Below the pieces are notes generated by a model. That model was not told where the DNA came from. It searched no databases and saw nothing but the letters and a program-made list of their open reading frames with translations. This document shows positions 21,963 through 33,016 of a stretch of 64,000 nucleotides of DNA, one piece after another (the stretch's first letter is position 1; each line of letters begins with the position of its first letter). Both the position numbers and the translations under genes were made by a program. This stretch comes from Perkinsela sp. CCAP 1560/9. Taxonomy: Eukaryota; Protista; Euglenozoa: Kinetoplastea. The stretch covers positions 992,001 through 1,056,000 of the forward strand of contig CBFFSA010000004.1 of NCBI GenBank assembly GCA_965644495.1, in the 5' to 3' direction.

Positions 21963-24197
21963 ATGAACCGTTCTACTTCTGTTCGCGCCAAGGTTCTCAA
22001 CGTTGATCATAAGGCACTGGACGATGCGATTTTAATGGCTAGTGAAGGCAAGGTTACGAACAAGAATGCGTGGGATATTCCTATTATCGAAGGAATGACG
22101 GATACTGTCGAAGCCTATATGGAAACCGAGGGAGATGCGTACGCACAATTTACAAAGGCCGCTAGTCTTGTCGAGAGCGGTGCTAAAGTGTGGGCACACC
22201 GAGTTGAGAACACACTTCAAATGACAACCCAGGTGCAGCAAAGACTGATGCGTTGCGACACGAAAAATGATGCGGACGACATGCAAAGAAGTCAAGACAC
22301 GAAGGAAGAGAGCGAGTCTAGCACCCAGCGAGGCGCTTCCGCGCGGACTCAAGAGGAGATCTCTCGGAAACGCAAGCCCGCCGACTTTCGTACGCTGGCA
22401 TCCTCCAATGAGGAAATTTGCGTCAAACACACCGACGAAAAACACTACGAAGTAGACCCTCTATTCCGCGCCACCTCACGGAAGTTCGACCAAGGACATG
22501 CCAGCGGTCTCCTACTCAACCACGCTCGGCTTGGCCCCCATTGCAATCTCATGATGGGATGTGAAAACGTGGTGGAGGAAAACACCCTCCCCGAGACCAC
22601 CTCCCAACCAGAACTCTCAACACAACTCGCGGACAGCACCGAAGAACGCGACCCACCGCTCTCGCCCCCCTCCCACACCATCCCCTCCCTCTCGCTTGAC
22701 ACCGAGGTGTTTCGCACCTCCTCGAGTTCCGCCCACCCCAGCGGGGCGTCGCGTCTAGCGTCATCCCATCCCGCATCCTCGGACTCTTCCCAGGACGGGG
22801 CTCTGGGGGACGGGAGCCCTTTTGAGGGCATGGACCCGCCTGGGAGGTTGGAGTCCCACTCCCGGGACCTCAGCCCCGCCCACCCACCCCCCTCTGGGTT
22901 CTCTTCCCAACTCACCGCTCACGGGGAGGAGATGCGTGAGGCTGTGGAGCTGCTGGACGGCACGCTGGAGCTGAACCGCGTCGACAGCTGGCTTACAAGT
23001 CACGGCCGCCGCTCGGGGTCGTACATGGACCCCGCGGGTGGTGGGGCGGCGAGTGGGCTCGGGGAGGAGGACCCGGACTTTATCCCGATGCAGAGCGGGG
23101 CGGACAGTGTGCTGCTACGCTCCGGGTCCGCGCTGGATGAGATTCGAAAGGCGGCGGCGGTGACGGTAGGGGAGGACACCCGCCCGGGGGCGTTTGCTGG
23201 GGCGAACGAGACAGAGGAGACACGGGTACCGGGGAAAGGGGTGAAACGGAAGAAGTCGGTGCGGTTTGCGGTTGATGAGACCTCGGAGACGTGGAGTACC
23301 ACCGGGGAGTGGAATGTAAAGGTACCGTGTCATAACCACCCCCACGCCTCGCTGACGATTCTTGGCAAAGAGTGGCTTACGCAGGGAAAAGATGGTATGC
23401 CACCGGAGGATTTTAAGGATGACGATAAGGCGTCGTGTTTAGCGCTCGCTCGCGGGCTCTGTCACTCCTTGGAGGACTCCTCCATGCCACAGTTCCTTCA
23501 ATGTACATTTGATGCGCGCAGTTTTTTGCAACCCTTCTGCTGTACCGAGCCACATTGGAATTGGATGGAGCAACATGCCCAAAAGTACGAAGGGGGGCGA
23601 GGGATGGATTTAAGGCGTCATAGGGAGCTTTCTGTAAGTGGTGACTCTATTGAGGATAACGTCGGACTGCCTATCCCAGATGACATGGAGGATCTTAGCT
23701 CAGATATTCCTGAGAACGAGGACTACGCTGACGCAGAAGATACAGCGTTTGGTGTGACCGATTTAGAAACTGGAATCGCAGATATTTCGCCTGAGCAGAG
23801 GAGACGAACCATACTAGAAGACCCGAGCACAATTTCTTCCGTATTACTGGATCACGCGATCACAAAACCTAGTTTAGTTGACGTTGGAAAATTAAGACGT
23901 GTGATGTGGGATCATGTAAAACTTGTAAATAAGAATTTTGAACTTGAAAGTAAGAGCGACATGCCCATGGAAGCTACCTCGCACAACACAAAAGACATGG
24001 CTGGGGAGAATGGCGTTCCTCTGAGCTCCATTATGTTATCAATGATCGAACGAGGCGAAGTTTCCAAAATATCCAAAGATGGCTCGCTCTCGCCGGCATT
24101 TTTCTACTTTTCGCTTCTTTTTTTGGCTAACGAACATCAACTTGAGCTTTCGCAAACGAGTGATCTTTCTGATGTTTACGTGCGGATTTCCCAATGA
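21963..24197 (+). CDS. NCAPH: condensin I kleisin subunit CAP-H (Cnd2/Brn1/Barren)
   Basis: K....NAW...I, F.KA...V....KVW..RVE, VDPLF...S.KFD.G...GLLLN, C-terminal F.SLL.LANE..L.L. Confidence 0.9.
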   Translation: MNRSTSVRAKVLNVDHKALDDAILMASEGKVTNKNAWDIPIIEGMTDTVEAYMETEGDAYAQFTKAASLVESGAKVWAHRVENTLQMTTQVQQRLMRCDTKNDADDMQRSQDTKEESESSTQRGASARTQEEISRKRKPADFRTLASSNEEICVKHTDEKHYEVDPLFRATSRKFDQGHASGLLLNHARLGPHCNLMMGCENVVEENTLPETTSQPELSTQLADSTEERDPPLSPPSHTIPSLSLDTEVFRTSSSSAHPSGASRLASSHPASSDSSQDGALGDGSPFEGMDPPGRLESHSRDLSPAHPPPSGFSSQLTAHGEEMREAVELLDGTLELNRVDSWLTSHGRRSGSYMDPAGGGAASGLGEEDPDFIPMQSGADSVLLRSGSALDEIRKAAAVTVGEDTRPGAFAGANETEETRVPGKGVKRKKSVRFAVDETSETWSTTGEWNVKVPCHNHPHASLTILGKEWLTQGKDGMPPEDFKDDDKASCLALARGLCHSLEDSSMPQFLQCTFDARSFLQPFCCTEPHWNWMEQHAQKYEGGRGMDLRRHRELSVSGDSIEDNVGLPIPDDMEDLSSDIPENEDYADAEDTAFGVTDLETGIADISPEQRRRTILEDPSTISSVLLDHAITKPSLVDVGKLRRVMWDHVKLVNKNFELESKSDMPMEATSHNTKDMAGENGVPLSSIMLSMIERGEVSKISKDGSLSPAFFYFSLLFLANEHQLELSQTSDLSDVYVRISQ

Positions 24198-24636
24198 CTG
24201 GCCTATAGCACATTTGGACGATGCGTCTAGTCTAATGGATTCCTTGTCGCCTTCTCTTCATTCAAATTTATTTGTTTTGTGAATACGGGCATGCGTTTTT
24301 ACAGTAGGTTGTATAGTGGTCGCTAGGACTTTGCCTCACAGTAGATGCTGGCAACAGATTGTTCTATCCTCTTTTTAAATACCCTCGCAAATTGGAATTA
24401 ATCGCTAATAGCTCAGAAATGAAATTGATTTTTTCACGTGGGTATGTACTGGTTTCCTGTGACACTCATAAGGAAGGCTAATACGGTGTGGGGCAAATAC
24501 TGCATACGGAAAAATCCTTATCAGGCTCAGTTTATAAAACCACTTCATATCAGGACCAGTATATAAGAAAATATTCTTTTGCCTAGAAAACTGATGAAGA
24601 CTAATTCTAATAAAAATGGTCACGCTTTTCTAGTGC

Positions 24637-25452
24637 ATGGTGAAACCTCTCTTCGCATCATCTGGGATGCTGTATGTTGCATTACGGCGCTCTGATCTTT
24701 CGACGGATCTACAGAGGAATACACTACACTGTTTTTTGCAGCATGCAACGCGGTACCATATCAGATATTTTCGGGAAACACCATTACAATACACCAAACG
24801 ACTAGACGATTTATGGATCTCCCTGTCCACAGCAGAGTATCTCGCCTATGAAAGCGTTGCCCGAGCCTGGCTTAACTTACGCGTGCCAAACGTTCCACTT
24901 GTATTGCCATTCGGGGGCTCCCGCGTCACTTACACCCAGTCTCAGCAACAAAGTAGGTTTCACAAAGATGCCATTGACAGCCGGGAGCATGAGAAACCCA
25001 ACGATGCTCCATCATTCCGTAGGGTGCCGCTACAGATTGAGCTTTCGCTGCCCCCATTGTCTGATACTCCGAAACCATTAGATGATGAGTCTGGTGATTT
25101 CCCAGGCTCTCTACCTCTCAGATCTCCGAGACCCGATAGGTCTGGTAAGGAGTGCTCATTATCTGCTATCCTACCGTCTAGTGAACCAATTTCCGTCGAT
25201 TCCGAATCAATTGCTGCAGAGGAAAGTGATAATGAGATAGGAGACTGCCTAAATCTTCAAGGTATAAAGAACTTTGTTGATCAGCACTACTCTGAATTTC
25301 AAGCTGCAAGCAAAGATTCCGCGTCTACCTGTGCAATTGATGAGCAATTATCCAATATGTGGAAAATTCTTTCGAGAGAAGAACGTAAATCGTATGCGTC
25401 CGACAAACATTCAATTGTTCAGAAGACCGGTGATACCAAGCCATGCTCTTAG
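24637..25452 (+). CDS. protein with one or two HMG-box-like segments
   Basis: L..LW.SLS..E...Y...A near the N-terminus; FV......F...LSNMWKILSREERKSY at the C-terminus. Confidence 0.55.
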   Translation: MVKPLFASSGMLYVALRRSDLSTDLQRNTLHCFLQHATRYHIRYFRETPLQYTKRLDDLWISLSTAEYLAYESVARAWLNLRVPNVPLVLPFGGSRVTYTQSQQQSRFHKDAIDSREHEKPNDAPSFRRVPLQIELSLPPLSDTPKPLDDESGDFPGSLPLRSPRPDRSGKECSLSAILPSSEPISVDSESIAAEESDNEIGDCLNLQGIKNFVDQHYSEFQAASKDSASTCAIDEQLSNMWKILSREERKSYASDKHSIVQKTGDTKPCS

Positions 25453-25612
25453 CTTCACATCTATATTTTGTTTTAGACGCTATTTCGATCTGTCGAAGTA
25501 CGTTGTATATTGTCTGAGTACTCTAGAAACTTAGAAGTCTACAAGATAATGTCACCCATTTTCTTACTAATTACCATATTTTTATACGATTTAGTGGAAA
25601 TCTAGTTCCTTT

Positions 25613-28600
25613 ATGATGCAATGCGCACTTGCAGGTGGGCGTTTTCTGCAGGTAAAAATGAGGCTTGAAGGAATGCGGACTGAATCCTGCATGCACTCTT
25701 CTTTGCGAAATCAGTGCACCAGGAAATATACAGCCCCCCGCTTTGACATAAAAAATCATGTAGCAGTCGACTGCAATAAACTCCTTTATGCTGTTCGTCA
25801 AAAGGTAATCATGGCCAACGAATATTGTACAATACTTGAAGCAAAAAATGATGTTTATCTTTCGCAACTTCGCATGCTTGCACCGAGTTTAAGTCTCTCG
25901 ACTGTCCCGCTACGCGGTAAGTATCTTTTTGTTTCCGGGTCTAACATGGAGGTCACAGTGACAATGAGCTCTGATACAGAGTCCGCATTTCTACAGGAGA
26001 TCGAGAAGTTTATTCATTGTTACGCCAAGACTCGTCTCGACTCAGATAGTGAATGCGGAATTCCATACATGCTTTGGGACCACATAACTCACAACTTTCT
26101 TTTGGGGCATAGCTGTGAATCAATAAATTTGTTGCGTCGCTGTATCACGTACAGAAGGTCCTTGTTTCGTTTAGTTCGCAGTATCTCTCTCAACTCTCTA
26201 TCGAAGCATTCCGTTCATTTTGATTCACAAGGTTTTTGGATAGTAGGGCGGCCAAGACAAGGACTTGTCGCAGTCTTACGTTGCGCTGTTTCGAAGCATC
26301 CGACACAGTGTATCATATGGAAAAACGTGCATTGCATTCGCGACATACTTAGTTCTGAAGACTTGCAGTTTATTGATCACATTTATGGATATAATAAGGT
26401 TGTCGATATAGCTGGTCTTCGTCGCGTTATTACTTTAAACGTTCCAGAAGGAAAGCCAGGAGGTTTTGGTTGGGACTTTGAAGGTATTTATATGACACGT
26501 CCGAGAAGTATAAGAAGCCCTGAGTACTTGTTGCACTCCGGCCTTATGAAAGTAATTGACTATGCTTTGCAGAATATTAAATCGATCGGAACTGCTCCGC
26601 AAAGAATTGTTCCTGATACTCTGTCCTACGACAACCTCAAAGCCTTTCTTCCGAAATCTCTTTGTAATGATGACACTCTGAGGTCTTCCCAGAGAGTGGT
26701 TGAATCAGTGCCACATTACCTTAGACATCATTTATCGGTAACTGAAGACGGGATTTCTCTTATAAAAGAGGAAGATCTGGATCATTATTTGGTGAACAAT
26801 CGTCAAGCTGCGACTGGTGAAGACAGTATTCCTCATCGTAAACAAGTGCATGTGAGGGAAATGGTGGACAATGGATCAATTGGATTTGAGTCCGGCTCTA
26901 CTACAACTAGATTTTGTTCGAAATCAGTCATAAACACTGAATCAATTTACAGCAATCACGGCCATAGCAACGTCAATTCAACTGTGGATATTAATTCGAA
27001 ACTCAATAATGAAACATCCATAGCATCAAGTTGGAAGAAATGCAGCGAAGTAGGGCGACAAATTCATATGCAAGATAACACAGAGAAGGAAGCATTAATT
27101 GACGCCGCCCATAGATCTTTTGAGTCTCTGAGAACTCTACTATTGAGACACAATGGTGAATTGACCCATGTTGGAGTAGTGGAATACATAACCCCAAGAG
27201 AATACGCAGAACTCGTAGCCAGTCATTCTCCTTACCACGGAAAGCATGGCAAATTTAGTGTCAAACGTTTCCGTCATTTGCTTCACATCATTAAAAAATT
27301 TGCACCTTTAGATATTGACTGGAATTATGAAGCCATTTGGATTATTCGTAAGCCAGGGGGAAACATGGCTTTATCCCCTGAAGGATCAAACCGAATGTCT
27401 GCACTTCTTCGACGCTCAGCTCCGGAGGTGCCTGAGGCAATTTTTACTGGAAACATTATTACCGAACACAGCGAGCCGGAGCAGGCATTGAAGAATATTG
27501 AGACCAGTATTTTATTTTTCGTCTTAAAGAGTTTTGCACACAGAGGAGTAAAACAGATGAAGTGGAGAAGAAGTCTCTCTGTTCTGTCTTCAGAAGAATT
27601 GGACACATATTTTCGCTTCATACAACACTATAAGAAGGTATGCTTACCTTCGGCGTTACGGGCTCTCGAAAATTCATTGCACAGTATGAGCTTTCGCATT
27701 GTGTGGCACTACATGCAAAACGAAAATCTAAAATCCTTATTATGTACTCAAGACAATGGAAATCTCATGGTATTGAGCTCCACAGGATGCGAAAAAATGA
27801 GAACGCTTGGAAATTTGGGAAAACAGTACGAGGAACTGGCATGTACACACCCGGCGGAAGGTCTGGAGCTCGGAACAGTAAATCTTGACTCTTCTGAGTT
27901 AAAACAGTATCGAATTCGTATTGAAGAAAAAATAAATAGTATCACTAATTCGTATCCGGAAGCCTTCACATCGAATTTGCCGACACATCGGGTTGCACCT
28001 TACGTAGAATTTTCCTGCTGGAATGGTCCTATTCCAAAGGTACGTCAGGTCCTTTCCTCTAACATCGGGTCCGCATCATTACCAATACGTAGTCATGCGA
28101 ATGCCATTATTGAAGCAGTAAACAAATTTGATGTGTTATTGCTGCGAGGATCCACAGGATGCGGTAAAAGTACGCAGGTGCCCCAGATTCTTCTCGAATA
28201 TATTTCAACGCTTCCGGAAAGACAGAATATTGCTCGTATAGTGTGTACACAGCCTCGGAGAATTGCTGCCGTTTCCTTGGCAGATCGTGTGACAAGTGAA
28301 AGAGCTGTTGAATCAGCGGATGTAGGGCACGTTGTTCGTTTCGATCACAGTACGCGTCCGACAGACACCTTGATATACATGACAACTGGCATTTTTCTGA
28401 ACATGATGGTATCGAGCCCCTCCTTAGCTGGCGTTACGCATCTTATTATTGACGAAATCCACGAAAGATTTGTAGAAACAGACTTTATTTTGTTACTGCT
28501 GCGCAAATTGTATCTGCAAAGCTTTACCACTAGTGATCCAAAAGAAAGTGTGCCACGCCCTCAGTTCAAACTAATTCTAATGAGTGCAACTGTAGATATT

Positions 28601-30835
28601 GAGAAATTCGATAAATATTTTGCACAGATTCCCGAACTTTGCGTTGGGTCCTACGATTTAATACAGAATCAACGTTTTCCCGTTCAGATACATTACTTGG
28701 AAGAAGTTTTAAGTGAAACTCGTTTCGCCGAATATGCGAAAATGGAGGCGTTGACTCATAAAAATTGGGGTGCGATTCGCCGAAAAGAAAGACAACAGAA
28801 ACGGGCTGTAGTATCAAAAATATTAGATGGGGCGGAAGAACCTTATGAAGAGAAAGATTCGCAAGAATCAGTTGATGATGCAAGTCATTCAGGATGCGAA
28901 CCTCACAAATTGCCTGATTTTCAGTGCTTAGTTAATGAACACAAATTACCTCACTGCGATGCTTTATATATAAGCGAGCGTCACAAACAGGAAGACAAAG
29001 AAGTTGACGTTCTATTAATTGTAAGAACCGTATTGCACATACATCGTTTGCATGCCGAGCTTCCGTTGGGAGCGGTTCTGGTTTTCCTTCCGGGAATGTC
29101 TGAAATTCGAGCTGTAAAGAAAGAACTTCAGCACCGCTTATGTGATGCGCTGTGTATTCACATATTACATGGTGTTGTACCTCTGAATGAACAGAGACTG
29201 GTTTACGATTTACCTCCGTCAAACAAACGAAAAGTTGTCTTAGCTACAAACATTGCCGAAACAAGTATTACAATTCCTGACATTGTTCATGTCATTGATT
29301 CAGGCTTTATTAATGCGACAAACTACGATATTAAGGCAGACCTACAGACTCTTGGACTTTCGACAATATCTCGCACTAATGCGACACAGCGTTCCGGGCG
29401 TGCAGGCAGAGTACAATCCGGTATTGTATATAGACTATACAGTTCCTGGGAACATAAACTTTCAATGCCCGAGTACATGAAACCTGAAATTCAGAGAATT
29501 TCTATGGAAGAGCTCTGTATGCAAGTGTTGAGTTTGCAACTAGGCGATCCCGTAGAAATATTATCTCAAGCGATAAATCCCCCAGAAAAAACTCGCATTC
29601 AAAGTGGCATGTCCTGTCTTTTTCGCCTTGGAGCAATTACAGAAGACCACAAGGGATTAACCATTATTGGGAGGCACATAGCGAAATATAGCACGCATCC
29701 TCGAAATGCGAAACTGATACTAGTTAGTCAAATATTTCGAATGGAGCTTGTTGGGACATTTCTGGCAGCTGCCCTTTCTACCACATCTCCGTTTACTAAT
29801 CTTAGCGTCGAATCTCCCGATAAGAAACAAGCCATGATCATGAAATACGAATTGTCTCAGGAGACATCAAGTGATTTCTGGGCTCTCATTGCCGTAGCTT
29901 CGGCGTTTGGTGCGCTAGAAGTTGACGGGCCCGAATCACCGTCGATGTGGGCAGCACGTTATATGGTACAACCACGAGTGCTGAACGAAATAGTTAAACT
30001 TGCCATCCAACTGCAACAAACCAGCATAGTAAACGAGGAAAGTGAAACTGGATATCGAAAACCGATAGGTCACGAGTTGGGCGCTCTCTCTAGGGAAATG
30101 CTGATCCAGAAATTACCCCATCCTAGCCGGGAGACCACACTTCGGCTACATTCTGCAATAAGCGCCTCCCTTCCTTTTACACTTTATTCCCCCTCAGAAG
30201 GTAAGTTGCGCATTCGTACTGCACATGCTCATACGAAATGTTCCTTTGAAGCTTCTAGTTTATGTAGCACACGAGATCTTCAAGAACAAGCCTTGCACCG
30301 GGGTTTGATTCCAGTGAGTTTCTGTTCGGCTACAAACTCAAAAGGCTCAACTAAGTTGCGTACGGCATGTGTAATGGAACTTCTTCCCGCTCTTCTCCTT
30401 GGTCCAAACGATTTTTCTTTTACCACAGACCGAATTCTTTTGGCAGGTCAGGCGATACAGCTTCGTTTTCAAGATCCTGAAGCCGTTATAGAGATTAAAA
30501 AAATAAGGTATTCGATCGATCAGATGATGAACGCAAGATGTAGGCGCCCATTACCGTCACTGCTATCCCGCACTCAGGAAGTGACTGATATTCTTATTGA
30601 AGCAATGATGAACGTTCAATGTTACTCAGGGAGAGATTTGCGTCAACAAAAAAATGGGGATGGCTACAGCAAAGGTGTATACTGTCGTCAAATAGGTTCG
30701 AAAAGGAAACGATCTGCCGGTAACCAGAAGCGATACGATGCAGATAGCGAAGATGTCACTCAACACTCAGATCAAAAAGGGCCAAGAAGATCAGTAGCGC
30801 TTTTTCCCACGTCAGTGCAGGACCTACCTTGGTGA
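25613..30835 (+). CDS. DExH-box (DEAH/RHA family) RNA helicase with an N-terminal extension of about 800 aa
   Basis: GSTGCGKSTQ, TQPRRIAA, DEIHER, LMSAT, VFLPG, ATNIAETSITI, QRSGRAGR. Confidence 0.92.
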   Translation: MMQCALAGGRFLQVKMRLEGMRTESCMHSSLRNQCTRKYTAPRFDIKNHVAVDCNKLLYAVRQKVIMANEYCTILEAKNDVYLSQLRMLAPSLSLSTVPLRGKYLFVSGSNMEVTVTMSSDTESAFLQEIEKFIHCYAKTRLDSDSECGIPYMLWDHITHNFLLGHSCESINLLRRCITYRRSLFRLVRSISLNSLSKHSVHFDSQGFWIVGRPRQGLVAVLRCAVSKHPTQCIIWKNVHCIRDILSSEDLQFIDHIYGYNKVVDIAGLRRVITLNVPEGKPGGFGWDFEGIYMTRPRSIRSPEYLLHSGLMKVIDYALQNIKSIGTAPQRIVPDTLSYDNLKAFLPKSLCNDDTLRSSQRVVESVPHYLRHHLSVTEDGISLIKEEDLDHYLVNNRQAATGEDSIPHRKQVHVREMVDNGSIGFESGSTTTRFCSKSVINTESIYSNHGHSNVNSTVDINSKLNNETSIASSWKKCSEVGRQIHMQDNTEKEALIDAAHRSFESLRTLLLRHNGELTHVGVVEYITPREYAELVASHSPYHGKHGKFSVKRFRHLLHIIKKFAPLDIDWNYEAIWIIRKPGGNMALSPEGSNRMSALLRRSAPEVPEAIFTGNIITEHSEPEQALKNIETSILFFVLKSFAHRGVKQMKWRRSLSVLSSEELDTYFRFIQHYKKVCLPSALRALENSLHSMSFRIVWHYMQNENLKSLLCTQDNGNLMVLSSTGCEKMRTLGNLGKQYEELACTHPAEGLELGTVNLDSSELKQYRIRIEEKINSITNSYPEAFTSNLPTHRVAPYVEFSCWNGPIPKVRQVLSSNIGSASLPIRSHANAIIEAVNKFDVLLLRGSTGCGKSTQVPQILLEYISTLPERQNIARIVCTQPRRIAAVSLADRVTSERAVESADVGHVVRFDHSTRPTDTLIYMTTGIFLNMMVSSPSLAGVTHLIIDEIHERFVETDFILLLLRKLYLQSFTTSDPKESVPRPQFKLILMSATVDIEKFDKYFAQIPELCVGSYDLIQNQRFPVQIHYLEEVLSETRFAEYAKMEALTHKNWGAIRRKERQQKRAVVSKILDGAEEPYEEKDSQESVDDASHSGCEPHKLPDFQCLVNEHKLPHCDALYISERHKQEDKEVDVLLIVRTVLHIHRLHAELPLGAVLVFLPGMSEIRAVKKELQHRLCDALCIHILHGVVPLNEQRLVYDLPPSNKRKVVLATNIAETSITIPDIVHVIDSGFINATNYDIKADLQTLGLSTISRTNATQRSGRAGRVQSGIVYRLYSSWEHKLSMPEYMKPEIQRISMEELCMQVLSLQLGDPVEILSQAINPPEKTRIQSGMSCLFRLGAITEDHKGLTIIGRHIAKYSTHPRNAKLILVSQIFRMELVGTFLAAALSTTSPFTNLSVESPDKKQAMIMKYELSQETSSDFWALIAVASAFGALEVDGPESPSMWAARYMVQPRVLNEIVKLAIQLQQTSIVNEESETGYRKPIGHELGALSREMLIQKLPHPSRETTLRLHSAISASLPFTLYSPSEGKLRIRTAHAHTKCSFEASSLCSTRDLQEQALHRGLIPVSFCSATNSKGSTKLRTACVMELLPALLLGPNDFSFTTDRILLAGQAIQLRFQDPEAVIEIKKIRYSIDQMMNARCRRPLPSLLSRTQEVTDILIEAMMNVQCYSGRDLRQQKNGDGYSKGVYCRQIGSKRKRSAGNQKRYDADSEDVTQHSDQKGPRRSVALFPTSVQDLPW

Positions 30836-30979
30836 GTGTGCAGTGTACATGTGCTCCATGATCGATGACTTCATGTATTTTGCATTTCTCAATGAGCAAC
30901 TCATCATCTCTCTCGGTTCATAACTTACCCGCACCCTTTTTTTTGATTCTGTCCTCATCTTGCTGACCCGGAACACACG

Positions 30980-31360
30980 CTTCGGCTGATGATTCTGAGG
31001 TATAAATGTAAAAACAGCGGTAAGCGTGTCCCGAAGGATACGGAGCATAGGGGTCTCCTAGCACGAAACCGTCTACGGCGGTTATACCCCGAAGGGTACG
31101 GAGACAATGAGCCTCGCTACACAGACAAAGGTGTACTCCCAGGCGGGGACCAAGCGAATTTGTGCATGATAATTTGATGGACCTTAAAAGATCGCACATA
31201 GATCTCGACAGAAAACTTTTAAGAGATTAAAAAATTAAATCACTTAATTTAAATCACTTATTTTAAATTAAAAGAATCATTTTTCGAAGAATTCGATTCG
31301 AAATAAAAACACTTCTGGTCTCTAAATGTATGTTGCTACATGATTCAAAATAGATTGACC
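30980..31360. repeat. R1 dispersed repeat, copy 1 (probable transposon end)
   Basis: Shares ...ccaagc.aatttgtgcatgataatttgatgga...caaaatagattgacc with copies at about 34390-34739, 45876-46225, 47674-47854 and 56351-56539. Confidence 0.8.
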
Positions 31361-31635
31361 TACACGTTCAGCCTCTTTTACCCCGCCCCCCTACAGGTCT
31401 TGTATTTTGTCCGATTTTGGAAATATTTGGTATACTACCGTTTTTCGACCCAATCGTTCCGAATCCGAGGTCCTTTTCACTCGAGCGACCCCCTCCCCCC
31501 CCTCACCAGGTAGGGGTCAAAAAAGCTAATCGCGACTTTTTTCGGGACATTTTTTCGAATTTTCCGGATGAATATGAGTAGTAAAGTAGGTCAGAAGACG
31601 TGGAAAAAGAGTACAAAGTAATCTCTAGTATTTAG

Positions 31636-32025
31636 TCATATGCCCTTTGGCCTCCTCGACCAAAAGTAAACGTTTACGATACTTCCGGAAGATATTCTTA
31701 AACGTTTCCGGTTGATCTTCGGAAACAAAACGAAAAGTTTCAATGATGGACCCCCGAAGTTGAGTCCTGTATCGATGCCACTTTCTTCATAAGCCAGTAA
31801 AATCTGTTCGGAGTTAACAGAAGCACCCTGTTCTCCCTCAAAGATGAAGAAGAACACACCGTAGTTATAGGAATACCCCATCCACACCATTATCCCCCTC
31901 CCCCCAAAATGTTTTCCCCGCCGGTCCGATTGCCTCAGACGAGGTGCTCGCTTGCGACCGACGTAAAAGTCGGTGTTTGACCCCGCACAGCAACTGAACA
32001 GTTTTTCGTCGGTAAAAACAATGTT
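31636..32025 (-). mobile_element. Tc1/mariner (Tc3-like) transposase fragment
   Basis: NIVFTDEKLF...HFGGRGIMVWMG...VNSE; truncated. Confidence 0.75.
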
Positions 32026-32079
32026 TTTACCGAACAGTTTTTCAGCAACAAACAGTCTTTCAGCAACGAACAGTTTTTC
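31988..32079. repeat. junction array of about 18-bp units (cagcaac.aacagt.ttt)
   Basis: aacagt(t/c)tttc recurs four times between the Tc3 remnant and the VIPER remnant. Confidence 0.7.
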
Positions 32080-32151
32080 GCGCCCCATCCACTCATGGAG
32101 GCGTCCGCATACAAAATTACACGTCTATCATAATTTCTTGGTTGTAACGTA

Positions 32152-32877
32152 CATGGGTGGGCACCTTCATAGTGGGGGGGTCTAAAATTTGTAAAACTTG
32201 TTCAGTTTTGGAAAGTAATAGCGCATTCGAGAGCTCTCAAACAGTCTGGTGTAATCGTAAAAAGCACTCTGCGAACGTTTACGGGAATCAAAGAAAGCTA
32301 GAGTGGTCCCAAACACGAATTGCAACTTTATTTTTTAAGCCAAAAAGTCTATTTTTTACAAAAAAAAATTCAGTACCCACAACTTCCTCCTTTTTTCTCA
32401 ATAACGAAGAAAGCGCTTGGAGACACTCTTTATAGTCCTCTCGCAAGTACTTTTGAGATCGGTTTGAAGTGCCTTGTGTGCACTCTCGATACAAGAGAGG
32501 AGATCTCCGCTACTTCAAAGTGGCGTGCTGTAGCATTGTAGGACCCAGTACGAAAATAATGGTCCACGAGAAGCATGCGATGCGACGGCTTTACCTTCCC
32601 AGGTGGTGAAGAAGAATCTATCTGGAAGGGAAACCGTGATATTCGCGATCGTACACGTTTTTGAGGCATTAACGGCGCAAAAAAACTGAAAAATTGCATC
32701 TTCGGGCAAAAATAAATTCTTTCTTTTTCTGTCATTTATCTCGAATGTCTAAAACCAGGAAACGGATGCTACCATTACACTGAAAATATTAAGAGCTCTC
32801 GAATGGGCTATTGCTTTCCAAAATTGGTCAAGTTTTACGAATTTTAGGCCCCCCCACTCTGAAGGCGCCCACCCCTG
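32152..32877. mobile_element. MITE with TIRs of about 50 bp and TA TSD
   Basis: TIR ca(t/g)gggtgggc.ccttca.agtggggggg.ctaaaatt.gtaaaacttg. The paralogous block has the empty site gtaacgTAtgttt near 44362. Confidence 0.93.
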
Positions 32878-33016
32878 TATGTTTAAATCTAATGGTTTGG
32901 ACTTGAAGTAACCATGTCGAGATTTGACAGTGCACGCACTGCGGCATTTTTGGTTCTTTTTGAGATGCGTGGCTTGCCGTCGTGTATACTTAATTGCCCA
33001 ATAAAAGTGTGGCAAA

